NCBI RefSeq assembly: GCF_018350175.1
Contig: NC_058371.1
Location: 136,152,001 to 136,216,000, forward strand
Length of the DNA stretch: 64,000 nt
Direction of reading: 5' to 3'
DNA from: Felis catus
Lineage: Eukaryota
The notes below the pieces were generated by a model, which was given only the letters and a program-made list of their open reading frames with translations, searched no databases and was not told the DNA's origin. This document shows positions 1-12,129 of the stretch, one piece after another (within the stretch, counting starts at the first letter, position 1; each line of letters opens with the position of its first letter). Position numbers and translations under genes: made by a program.

Positions 1-109
1 AGAGAAACCATCCCAGTCAGAAAAAAGTATTTATGCAAAGGCTCTATAGATTTTAAGTGTTTTAAGAGTTTTGTTGGCTAGTTTATTTATTTACTTCACA
101 CAATGTGAA

Positions 110-295
110 AAAGCTCTCTGGCTACTTGGGCAATGGATTGTGGTGGTGTGAGACTGGAAGCTAGTGGGCTTAGCAGAGATTGTTCTTTTGTCCAGGTGAC
201 TTGATGGTGGCTTGTAGCTGGCAGTTGTCAAGATGGAAAGACATGGACAGATTTACAACATATTTTAGAGAAGATATCAACAGAACTGGTAGCTT
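110..295 (-). mobile_element. L2 LINE fragment (degenerate)
   Basis: Purine-rich run ctctggctac...tccaggtgacttgatggtggcttg...gatggaaagacatggacagattt...tattttagag resembles the antisense L2 3' region (recalled consensus). Confidence 0.55.
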
Positions 296-344
296 AGGAA
301 GCACCAGGTGAAGGAACCTGATATGGGCATGTGCATTGTGTGGT

Positions 345-822
345 CTACAGTACCACGCACAGTGTGGAGTATCTACATAATTTGGAATTTGGAATTCTTC
401 TGCATGGGAGACTTAACTGTTCTCTTCCATTTGTGTATTCATTCATTCAGTTATTTATATCAATATACACCCATGGGTATTTATTTTCCACTTTGGGTTA
501 TATCGTATATTACATTACTCCAGGTTTGGCTCTTGGGAACTCTTTGGGTCCTGTGTCCATTCAGTATACCCCCGCCCATGTAGTTGTTTTTGTTTGTTTG
601 ATTTGTTGTTGTTGTTTGTTTGTTTGTTTGTTTGTTTGTTTTTTAGCAGTTCTTAACTTTCTGTCAGCCTCCAGGCTCATTTTCAGTATTTCCTGCCTCA
701 GCCTTGGAATCAGCTATTTCTCCAAGGAGCCTTGGTTTCTTTTACTGAAGATTCATATTAGAAATCAACATCTGGGTTCAGGGAGTGCTTTTTGCTACTG
801 GGGTGTCATTGCTTTTAATGCG
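345..822 (-). mobile_element. Ancient L1 (L1MC3-like) 3' UTR fragment
   Basis: ggaatcagctatttctccaaggagccttgg and gctactggggtgtcattgctttt are the reverse complement of the same L1MC 3' UTR segment seen on + at ~15770-15900. Confidence 0.75.
583..644. repeat. (GTTT)n/(GTT)n microsatellite inside L1MC
   Basis: Directly visible tandem units. Confidence 0.95.
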
Positions 823-829
823 TGCAACA

Positions 830-1262
830 TCCTTTTATCTAGCTGACAATTCTACACAGTATCCATGGGCTGGGTTCATCAAGGTGATTCTTCTGGTCTG
901 GACTGAATTCAGCCTGTTTCAGCTGGGCTGGCTCATTTATCTATGGTCATTGGATGGGTGGTTACAAGTCTTTATGATAGACTTGACTGGAACAGCTGGT
1001 ATAGCTGTGACCTCTTTCTACATGGTCTTGTATCTTTCAGCATGAACTTGTTCATATGGTGGCAGGATTCAATAGCATCAAGAAGAAAAAATGCACAATT
1101 TTCTTGAGATCTAAGATGGAAACTCACCCAATAATGCTTATGCTACATTATATTCACCAAAAAAAGTCAGAAGTCTGCCCAGATTCAAGGAGTAGAGCTA
1201 TAGACTCCATCCTTGATAGGAGTATCTACAAACAATTGTAGCTATTTTTGCATTTTCCATAT
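830..1262 (-). mobile_element. MaLR solo LTR (MLT1J/K/L-like)
   Basis: gcccagattcaagg...tagactccatccttgatagg and aaagtcagaagtctgccc match the antisense late-MLT1 LTR pattern (recalled). Confidence 0.65.
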
Positions 1263-2481
1263 ACAGGTTATATATACATGGAAAACATCCTAAGAACTAG
1301 TCTTGAAAGCAAAGAAAGAAACATGATCAGAATGGGAATAAGCCTTGAAAAGATGAAACAGGACTTCTGCCAAGAGAGGAGTATTGTACCTATGACAAGA
1401 ATAAAAATGAGATTGGCTTTTTGTTAAGATTCCCAACTTTGGGCTGAAAATGTAAAGTTACAGGTAAGAAGAAGAGAAACAAGGATAGCAGGTGGGGTCT
1501 GACTCTTCAAGATTCCTAGATCCTAAAAAGGACAGCCTGCAGCCATAGCTCTGCACAAAGCACAGCCATGGTTAAAATTGCTAAAGTGAAGGAGGAAAAA
1601 GGGACAAAGAAATGATGTATCTCACTGATTCAGGAGAGGTTGAAATATTTTCATGACTTCTTTTTTGGAGAATCATCTTTTTCTCTCATTTCACTTTGAA
1701 TATTTTGTGAAGTCATTCATGATCTACTTGATAATATTTATGTTACTAAGAAAGCAGTGAGAAATATAAGTAGACTGGCCACCTGCTGTCTCCCTACCTT
1801 GACATGAATTATCATTTAATATTCAGAGTGTATAACATTTGCTTAATGAATACCAGACTTGCTTCTAAACCAATGACCTGGGACCCCCAAATCCTTATTA
1901 TGCCTTCCTATCCTTATTGTATTTTCATAAAGAAACTGTATTTCAAGGAGAATTTATCCTTGAGATGTCATTAAATCTACCATTATGTGATTACTCCTAA
2001 GATAGTGAATATATTATAGGCAGTTGTATCTAGTACATAGTATTCATATGGAAAACCAGTTGTGCACAGCAGTAGATGATTTTACCGGGGGTGTTCTAAA
2101 GTTAGCATTGAGGATATGTTAAAAATTGGAGTTCTAAGTACATGTATCCATGAGCCATCAGAAATCCTTAACTGCCAAAATGTTAGAGCTTTTCTTGGAA
2201 GAGACATGAACTCTTCCTTTGTGTGGAAAGTTTTCCTTCCTTTGTATAAAGTTCCCTTTGTGTGACTATACCAACCACCTGAGTGTTTCAGAGCTGTTAA
2301 CCATGTAGCAATAATGAACCCCTAAAAGGACAGTGTCTCTTTTCTATGAGCATCTATTTTGGATCACTGCATAGTTATTTGAAAAACTGGGTGATCATGA
2401 ATCAACCACACCAGGACCAGCCCAGAGACCCTCTAAATGTTCTGTATTGCCTTAATCTTTCCTACTACTCACTTAAAAAAA

Positions 2482-2524
<43 letters not shown>
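2482..2524. repeat. (TATC)10 tetranucleotide microsatellite
   Basis: Perfect tandem array visible. Confidence 0.98.
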
Positions 2525-2809
2525 ATGATTATAGTAGAATTTATCTTTGAGGGTCTTAAATTTAAAATGAAACAACCAAAATTTTTTTCAATATATGAAG
2601 TTTGTTGTCAAATTGGTTTCCATACAACACCCAGTGCTCATCCCAAAAGGTGCCCTCCTCAATACCCATCACCCACCCTCCCCTCCCTCCCACCCCCCAT
2701 CAACTCTCAGTTTGTTCTCGGTTTTTAAGAGTCTCTTATGCTTTAGCTCTCTCCCACTCTAACCTCCTTTTTTTTCCTTCCCCTCCCCCATGGGTTTCTG
2801 TTAAGTTTC

Positions 2810-3117
2810 TCAGGATCCACCTAAGAGTGAAAACATATGGTATCTGTCTTTCTCTGTATGGCTTATTTCACTTAGCATCACACTCTCCAGTTCCATCCAT
2901 GTTGCTACAAAGGGCCATATTTCATTCTTTCTCATTGCCACGTAGTACTCCATTGTGTATATAAACCACAATTTCTTTATCCATTCATCAGTTGATGGAC
3001 ATTTAGGCTCTTTCCATAATTTGGCTATTGTTGAGAGTGCTGCTATAAATATTGGGGTACAAGTGCCCCTATGCATCAGTACTCCTGTATCCCTTGGGTA
3101 AATTCCTAGCAGTGCTA
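2810..3117 (-). pseudogene. L1 ORF2p C-terminal fragment
   Basis: Translation ALLGIYPRDT...CTPIFIAALSTIAKLWKEPKCPSTDEWIKKLWFIYTMEYY...WMELESVMLSEIS is the canonical L1 ORF2p C-terminus. It is open to the stop at 2810-2812. Confidence 0.93.
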
Positions 3118-3269
3118 NNNNNNNNNNNNNNNNNNNNNNNNNNNNNNNNNNNNNNNNNNNNNNNNNNNNNNNNNNNNNNNNNNNNNNNNNNNNNNNNNNN
3201 NNNNNNNNNNNNNNNNNNNNNNNNNNNNNNNNNNNNNNNNNNNNNNNNNNNNNNNNNNNNNNNNNNNNN
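3118..3269. other. Assembly gap (152 N)
   Basis: N run. Confidence 1.
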
Positions 3270-3294
3270 TTCATTTTAGCCACTCTGACTGGCG

Positions 3295-3426
3295 NNNNNN
3301 NNNNNNNNNNNNNNNNNNNNNNNNNNNNNNNNNNNNNNNNNNNNNNNNNNNNNNNNNNNNNNNNNNNNNNNNNNNNNNNNNNNNNNNNNNNNNNNNNNNN
3401 NNNNNNNNNNNNNNNNNNNNNNNNNN
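3295..3426. other. Assembly gap (132 N)
   Basis: N run. Confidence 1.
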
Positions 3427-3519
3427 TCTTGAAACAACCAAATTTTTGAATAAATAATTTTGGAGGGGAAAAAGAAATAGAAATTTACATTGTTAGATTT
3501 CTGGCTTATCATGACATTG

Positions 3520-3660
3520 AACAGTATGGATTTAACTCTATTGTCTACCCAAACCTACTAAATGATAGCTGAAAAATGAATTGGAGGAGATGAGAAAAGG
3601 AGAGCTGAGAACAAAATTTTGAAAGCTGGAAAATCAGTGGGCAAGTGAAAATTAAATTAT
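3520..3660 (+). mobile_element. Ancient L1ME-type 5' end fragment
   Basis: acaaaattttgaaagctggaaaatcagtgggcaagtg resembles the L1ME 5' UTR motif also seen at ~40930-40970. Confidence 0.4.
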
Positions 3661-4029
3661 TTTGCTAAGTTCTTTTGTTCAGTTATATGTTTTAGCTTCA
3701 CTGACTGTAAGTCAGCAGACTAGAAAACGATTATGATTTCCTTAGAAACCCCTCAAAATCTGCAATATTTCTCATATAATAAATGGGAAAATTGAACTAC
3801 AAACAGACTAAGAATTTATAATTACAGAATGTCAAAGTACTTAAGTCTTATTACCATTAAAAAAATTATAATTTTGGCTATTTTTAATGTAGACATTGAG
3901 AAGGTATAGACATGGTTATAACCAGGGTTCAAATTTAGGTATCAGAGGCAGTAAAGAGAATACCAGGGGAAGTTATCGGGTGGTTGAGAGGTTAAGCTTG
4001 GTGTGTGTAGTTGCACTGAATATTGATTC

Positions 4030-4135
4030 AATATTAAGAACCTTTTAACAGTTGGAGATTTCCAAAAATGGAGTGGCTGTCTTCTGGGATAATGAGTATC
4101 TAATCACTGGATCTAGTAGAGGGTATTTTGATCAA
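4030..4135 (+). mobile_element. CR1/L3 LINE 3' fragment
   Basis: aagaaccttttaacagttggagatttccaaaaatggagtggctgtcttctgggataatgagt...tcactgga resembles the CR1/L3 3' end. Confidence 0.5.
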
Positions 4136-4369
4136 TCAGAAGCAGAAGTATGTGTCCTTTTCATATCTGTTGTATAATTCTAAAGAAGTGGTAAAACAAA
4201 TACTTGAACTTAGAGTTTCTAATTCCTCTTGCGGAGCATTTCTCTTATATCATCCTGTCTCTTACTTGACCATGTGATTCAGTTTAGAGTCTTAAGTATT
4301 GTGGTGTAGAACACTTTCTCCCAGCCTTCTGTACATGACTCATGGTGTGGTACTCCTGATTGTATACTC

Positions 4370-5440
4370 CCACACCTGTTTTTCTTCTTCCACTCATTTC
4401 CCATCTCAGTAACCAGGGAAAAGGCTTAAGAGACCTCCTTGATTCTTCCATTGCCTCATTCCAACATCAGTTCATAAGCAAATCCAATTTTTGTTACCTC
4501 AAAATTAGTCTCGTGTCCATTTACTTCATTTCATTTCTATTCAAACTGCCATCAGGTCTTGCCAGAACTACTGAAATAAACTAACAGTCTACCAGGACTC
4601 CTTATTTCAACTCTCCTCCCGTACAGTCCACCTCCATATAGAAGTAAGGGTGACCTATTAGAAACATATATATGATCATCCCTTCCAACTTGTGGGTTCC
4701 AATTAATCTTACAGTAAAAATCCAACTTAAAAGCTTCTGCATGAACTGGCTCTTCCCTTCCTCATCAGCCTCCTCCCATGTTGCTCTCCTCCTTGACCAC
4801 TCTGCTTTAGCCACACTGGCCTCCTTTCAGTTCTTCTAATCCTTGCCTATCTCTTGGCCATTGCACTTACTCCTCCCTCTATATCTAGAGCATTCACTGC
4901 TCCCCCATCCTTCCAGCATCCCCATCTTTTTGTTTGACTTACTCATTCTCATCCCTTAGGTCTCAGCTCACTATAGACTTAGCAAAGCTCCCTTTTTTAC
5001 TCATGGATTTTTTTTCCCTATAGGGATGCACATAATATCTGTCCAGTGGAACAGATAACCCCAGATAGTGATGGCCTATTGAACATTAGCCGCTTTTATA
5101 TCTAATTCAGCAATCATGCTAAAATTTCTTTGCAAAAGTGCCATAAATGCCCTAGATCTTTTCTCCAAATTCACTGAGATATTATTGATATCTTCTGAGA
5201 GGCCTTCTCTGATCACCTATCTATCATAACCTCTCTCAGTCACTGTAGTTCACCATCTTATTTCCTTCATAAGGAAATGTATGTGCATATTTGTTAATTT
5301 GCTTGTCCATTTATTTGACTATTTTTTTCTATTTTAACCACTTGAACGTGAACTTTAGGAAAATGATGATTTTGTGTATCTTGTTTAATTCTAGATTTAG
5401 TAAGGTGCCTGGCATGTAATAAGCACAATATGCACATATA
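4370..5440 (+). mobile_element. L2 LINE 3' portion (interrupted ~5000-5190)
   Basis: gccacactggcctcctttcagttctt, ttaggtctcagctca, tcttctgagaggccttctctgatcacc and gtgcctggcatgtaataagc are typical L2 3' motifs. Confidence 0.75.
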
Positions 5441-6626
5441 TGTCATTTGTGTTTACTCATAGGTCATTTCACAAACTTAATTTCATACTCCACTCCTGGC
5501 TTTTAACTCTCTATTTTGACATATTCTAAAGCATTCTCTACTGTCTTCTAAAAGATAAGGCTTTACCAAATGCAGCCTGGAATGATTTTAGGTTCATTTG
5601 GGCTGGGTAAGAGAATAGAGAACAAGAGATAAAGGAAAAGCACTTGGCTGGTAATAACCATACATCTAAAATGTTAGTCATTTTGAAGATGTCAGATGCA
5701 TAGGAGTCTCCCCATCTGTATTTATTCTCAGTATTCTTTGTAACCTGATTAATTTCACCCTCCTTGCTTAATTTTCATCATTATCATTACTTGTCGTCTT
5801 TGGACAGAGAATGGTATCAGCACAGCAGTTTGTACAAGCTGCTGTCTACTGTCAAATTCGTTAATGTTCTTATTACAGGCATATAAAAACTTTGTCCTCT
5901 GCTGAGCTATCTATCTGTCAACATGTCACCCAGAACGAAGTGACAAAGTCTTCATTCTTGTCTTGCAACTTGAAAAGCCATTTAATATTGAATAATTCAC
6001 TCAGCCTGTATCCTTTGTTTAAAACCTTATTCTTTCACTCTATTTTTTTCATGTAACCCCTTTTGTGCCTCTAGATATTTGGAAATCTCAGTGTGTTCTC
6101 CAAAGATGAGATTGAGAGAGAATGAATGCCAATCAATCCTTCCCTTGATTTGCTTAAGCATCTCCCTGGAGATTTTGATTTACTAATAATTTTCGTAATT
6201 ATACATAGATAATGCAAATGCAAACTTCAGTCCAGTCCCTGTGCAAATAATTTAACACTGCATTTTACTGGCTTACTATTTAATAAAGTTTCACTGTATT
6301 TTTATAGGCAGACTTGGGAGAAATAAACATTCTAAACATCAGCCTTCACAATTCTTTAACTTTTTAAAAAAAGAAATGCTTCTCATATGTGAGCAACCGC
6401 CTGATGCAAGGAAATCTTGAGACCTTTAATCTTGCTAAGGAGTGAGTTATTTTATTTTGTTGGGATTTTTAGGTTGTTGAGGGCCAGTTTATTTGTGCTA
6501 GCTTTAATATTTTAATGTTGAATATAATAATAATAAATTATAAAACATTAATTTTTGTAAAATAAAGTATAATTAATATAAACTGATCTTTATTTGTGAT
6601 TGCAATCATTATTAACATTAATTCTT

Positions 6627-6846
6627 TAAAAAAATTTTAAATATTTATTTTTGAGAGAGAGAGAGTGGGTGTATGTGTATGTGAGCAGGGGAGGGGCAGG
6701 AAAAGAGCAAGACACAGAACCCGAAGCAGGTTCCAGGCTCTGAGCTGTCAGCACAGAGGCCAATGCGCGGCTCAAACTCTTGAGCTGTGAGATCGTGACC
6801 TGAGCTGACGTCTGACATTTAACTGCCTGAGCCACCCAGGCGCCCC
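6627..6846 (-). mobile_element. SINEC (CAN-SINE)
   Basis: Ends in gagccacccaggcgcccc. 14-bp TSD taacattaattctt at 6613-6626 and 6847-6860. Confidence 0.97.
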
Positions 6847-7501
6847 TAACATTAATTCTTAAATGTTTTTATTATACAATGATGCTCTCAGGAACTACTG
6901 AGGAATTTAGGGCTGTTTGCCTTAACATTAAATGGGTGTCAGGGTGTTTTTGAGTTTCTTTTGTAATTTCTTTGCATTCATTTTGGTTAAGTTGGATCCT
7001 CCATTGGTATCTTTATGACTTTTAGTAACTTTCTCCTTCTCCTTATTATTTAGCTGCTTCTATCTTGTAGGGGTTTAGATACTTGTTAGGAGTCAAACTA
7101 AATGTACAGAGGTAGTTGAAGCAGAGCTCCAGAACCTTAAAATGTTAGTGCATAAACTCTGGTAGGGTGATTGTAAGAATAAGGGAAATCTAAATGCGAA
7201 ATGCTCAGCCCATCAGGGGTGCTCAGTAACTGTAGGGTTCTGCTTTTCTCACCCCACCTCTGTTCCCTTGACTTTTTTGCATCAAGTTGAGATCTCTCCT
7301 ACCTTGAGCTCTTAGTCTGGTCACTGATCAAAACAGAGAGGCTCTTTCCTCAGAGGTGGTAAGAATTATCTCCATCAAATGGGCATCAGAATATGTTGAC
7401 AATATGTCAGCCTTGAAGTGTGATGTGTTCGAAGTCAGGGAGATGTAGTGTGTTATGTATGGAAAGCCAAAGGAGTACTTGGATCAGACTTCACAATGAT
7501 G

Positions 7502-7503
<2 letters not shown>

Positions 7504-7541
<38 letters not shown>
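7504..7541. repeat. (TG)n microsatellite
   Basis: Visible array of about 19 units. Confidence 0.98.
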
Positions 7542-7542
<1 letters not shown>

Positions 7543-7700
7543 TGCACATGTGTGTCTTGGTCAGGGGCATGACTCTTGACCTGAATCCTAAAGAATGAGT
7601 AGGAGGTATCTAGGAAAAGAGAACTGGAAGAAATGGGCTTAAGAATTGAACACATGATCTTTTTGAACACATGTGTTCTCAAATTGAACACATGATCTTT

Positions 7701-7925
7701 TTTTTTTTTTAATTTTTTTTCAACGTTTTTATTTATTTTGGGGACAGAGAGAGACAGAGCGTGAACGGGGGAGGGGCAGAGAGAGAGGGAGACACAGAAT
7801 CGGAAACAGGCTCCAGGTTCTGAGCCATCAGCCCAGAGCCTGATGTGGGGCTCGAACTCACGGACCGCGAGATCGTGACCTGGCTGAAGTCGGACGCTTA
7901 ACCGACTGCACCACCCAGGCGCCCC
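7701..7925 (-). mobile_element. SINEC, young felid subfamily
   Basis: Diagnostic tggctgaagtcggacg, gagccatcagcccagagcc and caacgttt. 15-bp TSD gaacacatgatcttt at 7686-7700 and 7926-7940. Confidence 0.98.
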
Positions 7926-8184
7926 GAACACATGATCTTTCAATACACTTTGTATTTTGTTTGTTTAGGTCATGGTATTGCCTTTTAATTTTTCTTTTCT
8001 TGTGTTTTACCTTTGCTTATTTTATTTTAGTAGTATTTCTTCAGAAAGTTCTAAACTTTCTTAGTTCTGCAGAAGAAAATTAAATTAAAAATAAAGGAGA
8101 TTAATCCACCTTCAGGCTACACACTGATTTATGGTATAGTGGTGCTAGAGTGCAACCCAAGAGAGGCTCCAATCTGTGAAGTGG

Positions 8185-8370
8185 GGGAAAACCCCATTTT
8201 ACAGGACTTATTGTAAGGGTTGGAGGAGTTGATATTTGTAAATATTTGTCTAGCACTCAAAAAATAAGAGCAGTAAAAATTATTAGATGTTTTTATTGTT
8301 GTAATTAATATGAGCTTATAAAAAACAGCTACTGTATGTAAAGAACATAGCCTAGTGCCTAACACATAAC
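8185..8370 (+). mobile_element. MIR fragments
   Basis: atctgtgaagtggggg...ttattgtaagggtt...atatttgtaaa and tatgtaaagaacatagcctagtgcctaacacata resemble the MIR 3' half. Confidence 0.4.
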
Positions 8371-8384
8371 AAAAACTGATTGTC

Positions 8385-8605
8385 GGGGCGCCTGGGTGGC
8401 GCAGTTGGTTAACCGTCCGACTTCAGCCAGGTCACGATCTCGCGGTCCGTGAGTTCGAGCCCCACGTCAGGCTCTGGGCTGATGGCTCAGAGCCTGGAGC
8501 CTGTTTCTGATTCTGTGTCTCCCTCTCTCTCTGCCCCTCCCCCGTTCATGCTCTGTCTCTCTCTGTCGCAAAAATAAATAAACGTTGAAAAAAAAATTAA
8601 AAAAA
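8385..8605 (+). mobile_element. SINEC, young felid subfamily
   Basis: ggggcgcctgggtggcgcag...ttcagccaggtcacgatc, (CT) tract and A tail. TSD aaaaactg(a/t)ttgtc at 8371-8384 and 8606-8619. Confidence 0.98.
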
Positions 8606-8789
8606 AAAAACTGTTTGTCTTCCTCCTCTTTCCCTTTCTTCACTTTCTCTTCCACTTTCTCATTATTATCATCCCTTTTCAAATGGATATTGTCAGCCAG
8701 TATCTTGTCCCTTTTCTCCTAAAATAACCAAAACATGGCTCAACATTATAGCTTAATGCTGAATTGCTCTCTGATTCTTTGCTGAGTTT

Positions 8790-8905
8790 CTCTCTTATCT
8801 TCCTGACTAACTATGAGTTGCTTGAGGAGAGGAACCATGATTAGTACCTATAGTAAAGTGCTGAGTATATATCAGATACTCTGTAAATATTTGTTGAATG
8901 GATTA
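8790..8905 (+). mobile_element. L2 3' terminus
   Basis: tatgagttgcttgaggagagg...ctctgtaaatatttgttgaatggat. Confidence 0.6.
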
Positions 8906-11900
8906 TCAAATAGTTGGTAGTAATCAAATACTCTTAATTGTTTACAAATGGGAAAATAACCTATCACTGATGAAAGTCTTTTAATTTTTTATGTGCTGAG
9001 TATTCATCCAAGAGTTAAGAATGTTTCAGGACCTGCTGGAAGATTTCCAGGTTGATAGCTTTAGTTTTTATCTACACCTGATAGAAACATTGGTCCTATC
9101 TTTAAAATGAAATGTTTTTATCATTCTTAGTATTTTTCTTTAAAACATAGATATTTACCTTCTTCACTCTAGTCTTTCATTATGTACTCAGAAAATAAGG
9201 TTTTTGGAAACACTGTAATTTTACCGGTAGTGTACATGTTTCAATGAGTTCTTATTTTATTTTGTGGTTTGGTAATTAAGTCAGCATCAATCATTCCTAT
9301 TTCTGATTTCCATATGAAAAGCAGAATCTATGATTGACATGGAAAACCTACAGAGTTAGGAGCTGAATGTTTCCTTGTTCTTATCCTTGTTTTTTACTAG
9401 AGTTTTGAAACTCAGTCTTGTGCTTTACATTTTCATTATTTCCAGGTAATCATTCTGATTCAACTTGGTTTGGTAGTTGGTCTTCCATTCCACCGGCTTC
9501 TGTGTATTGGTAGGATGGGAATGATTCCTTCCAGGTGTTTCATGCATCATATCCCTCAGATCTTGCTCAACGATTGCCCATATATTGCCCAGTGTAATTA
9601 CCCAGGTGCAGTCTTTGTTTCTTCTCATCCTGATCCTAATCACCCTTCTTGGTTTTGTGGCTGTTAGTGTGGACTTCGTGGTGTCTTTTATTCTTAAAAT
9701 CTGCTCTGGTGGACCTATTTAGACTCTTCTCTCTGTTTTGGTCTTGGATTCCTTTATGTCTCCCACTTGGCTCTTGACACTGTGCAATTTTGATTGCCTG
9801 CAACTTTAGGTGAAAGATACACTTGCTTGGTGCTGCTCAGAGAAGCCCACTAACATAATCTACCACTGATTATCTTCTCCTTTTCCCATCAGAGGAGGAT
9901 TTAGAATGTATGTTATTCTTCTTAGTGAGTTTCTTTGCAGTTAAGTGGTCATTACCATTTCTTAACTAGTCATAACCCCTTGAGACATAGCTGAAAAATT
10001 TATTATAATTTATTTTCTAATTTTTTTCTTTTGTATATAAGCTAAAAATTATGTCCACATATACAAATAACTTAAATGGTTCAATGAATTAATAAAATCA
10101 GATAAATCAGTAAAAAGATAACCATACTTGTTCTATGAAATTAAAGTGATAAAACAATTGGTGCCTTACTGATTAAAAAAAAAGCTTTCAGTTAGCTGTA
10201 TCTGAAGTCTAATCATGTGGTCAGATAGTAATAAGCATATATAAATGAGCTCATAATTTAATAATACAACTTTCCCAGGGATATCTTACCAATCCCTGAT
10301 TGAGATAAGTTTAGTATTCACATGTTTTATATTGGTTTTTAATTTTGATAGGGGAGAGCTTAATACTTCCATGGAATTTATTGCAGCATGCAAAATGATA
10401 AGTAGTTCAAATATATGGTGGCATTTTCTATAATAATATTTATATCAACTTCACAGTTGAAAGGCTGTGAAGACATTTAAGAACTACAAAGCTATATTCT
10501 AAGACTTTTTTCCAATAACATTAACAACACAGTTTTTTTGTACTTATTGAAATAGCATTGTGTCTTTTATATATAGATTATGGACAGACAGATAATAGGA
10601 TTTTTTCCATATTTGGGCTAATTCAAATCAAATAGTAATTTCAGAAGCCAGCATTTTGTAACTCACTTAACCTATCCAAGGAAAACATAAACTATGTGCT
10701 AATGCAGATGTTTGAAGGGGAAAATGTTGTATTTTTTTCTGAGTGAGAAGGAGAAAGTGACATCCATTGAGATTTAAATGATAGTATGTGACAGTAGATA
10801 CTATAATTAAAAGTCATTATGGGCTTCTTAGTAACAAATTATCATCAACAGACACTCTTAGGAAAACATTAACAAAACAGTATTTGGATGAGTGACTCGC
10901 TCATGGGGTGAAGGAGTGCGGAGAGGCTTGGTAACAGGAGGTACAGCCCCTTACTCCAAGAGCTAGGAAAAACAGCTTAAATAGTTGGTTCAGACATAGG
11001 TGACAGGCATCTTTTATTAAAGGAAATCAAATGATGTCTTTTGCAACCCTAGAGTTAGAAGTACTTTCATTTTACTTTTTAGCTTAGGAATTTGTAAACT
11101 ATACTCAAATTCACTTTGCTTTTACTGTCTTTGAATTCATACAAAATACTTGAGAAGTATTTAGGAATATGGTCAATGGTGGACTAGTCTTATAGCTGTA
11201 AATTGAAATGAGATGCAAAAGCCAACATAACTAATTGAAAAAATAAAAATTTAGTCAAACAGTACCCTTGAGTGGCTACAGTTTTGCAGATGTATTAAGG
11301 TAGTCTTAAGGTATCAATTAACTGAATACCAAATTCCATCAGGCATAATTTGACAGTTTTTTTTTGTATTTTGTTTTTTTTTTTTTTTGGAACTGATCTC
11401 CTTTCTTTGAGTCTGGAGGGAGTTGACTAAAAGAAGAAAACTTTGCTTGAGTGTAGTGCTGAGGACATGCCTTTGAGATTGTCTTGGTATCAGTGCATTT
11501 TATTGATTTCCATTCTTATTATGGTTGTCATTGGAGTATTATTGCTTTATTATCTTGTATTAATAAAAATATTCATCATTGATGAGAAAGAAGTGCTTAA
11601 ATGTGTCACTCTTAGACTATTCATAAAGATATAACTTATCGCCTTGTCCACCAGATGCCTAAGTATTGTTTGTGAAACCACATATCTTGGCAGTGGTTGA
11701 AGTATGACTATTTTTTCTTGGACATTCCCTAGCTTCTTCATCTGCCAAAATTCTTCTGCCAAGGGAACAGTATGATAATCAGTCTTTTTGCCAGTAAGTT
11801 TTGGTTGCTATAGTTCCATACAGTTTCCTAAGACTTACTGTTTAAGTACTGTATACCTATCTATTATTTAATAACAACAACAATTATTATTGATTCTGGT

Positions 11901-12129
11901 TATCTGGTATAAGAAAGAGAGCCTAAGGTGAATAACCCTTTTTGTTATCTTGGCTTCTTATTCTTAACCATTTTTTGCCTCAGAGACCACTTGGACCATT
12001 TGGACAAAATCCGGAATTCCCTCATAGAAAAATATACACATGTTCACATATGTGGAATTTGATAAATAGTTTCCAAAAGTTGGTAGACCATTGTAAATCC
12101 AATCATGGCTCAATGGATGTCAGTTTAAA

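Larger units (their letters stand above)
2578..3294 (-). mobile_element. Young felid L1 3' end (3' UTR plus ORF2 C-terminus), interrupted by N-gaps
   Basis: aattggtttccatacaacacccagtgctcatcccaaaaggtgccctcctcaatacccatcaccc is the cat-type L1 3' UTR. The 25-bp island at 3270-3294 also reads as ORF2 (PVRVAKM on the - strand). Confidence 0.93.

Noticed and set aside
331-846. 171-aa hydrophobic ORF resembling a membrane protein
   Set aside because: It is an antisense L1MC 3' UTR plus a (GTTT)n repeat, which yields V/C/L/F runs.
1428-1469. Possible 35-nt micro-exon (ttaag|ATTCCC...TTACAG|gtaaga; DSQLWAENVKLQ)
   Set aside because: Good donor but weak acceptor and an unrecognised peptide. Isolated matches of this kind are expected by chance in 64 kb.
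1796-1815. CTCF-like TGGCCACCTGCTG (also CCACCAGATGCC at ~11648)
   Set aside because: Only partial matches to the core, which are not reliable without ChIP data or a PWM score.
7491-7943. 150-aa ORF, and similar ORFs at 8467, 26477, 38567, 42084, 48648, 52519, 53540, 61483 and 62932 (MAQSVKRPTSAQV..., GAPGWRSRLSVRLQPGHDL...)
   Set aside because: These are translations of SINEC bodies, and the same peptides recur at each SINE copy.
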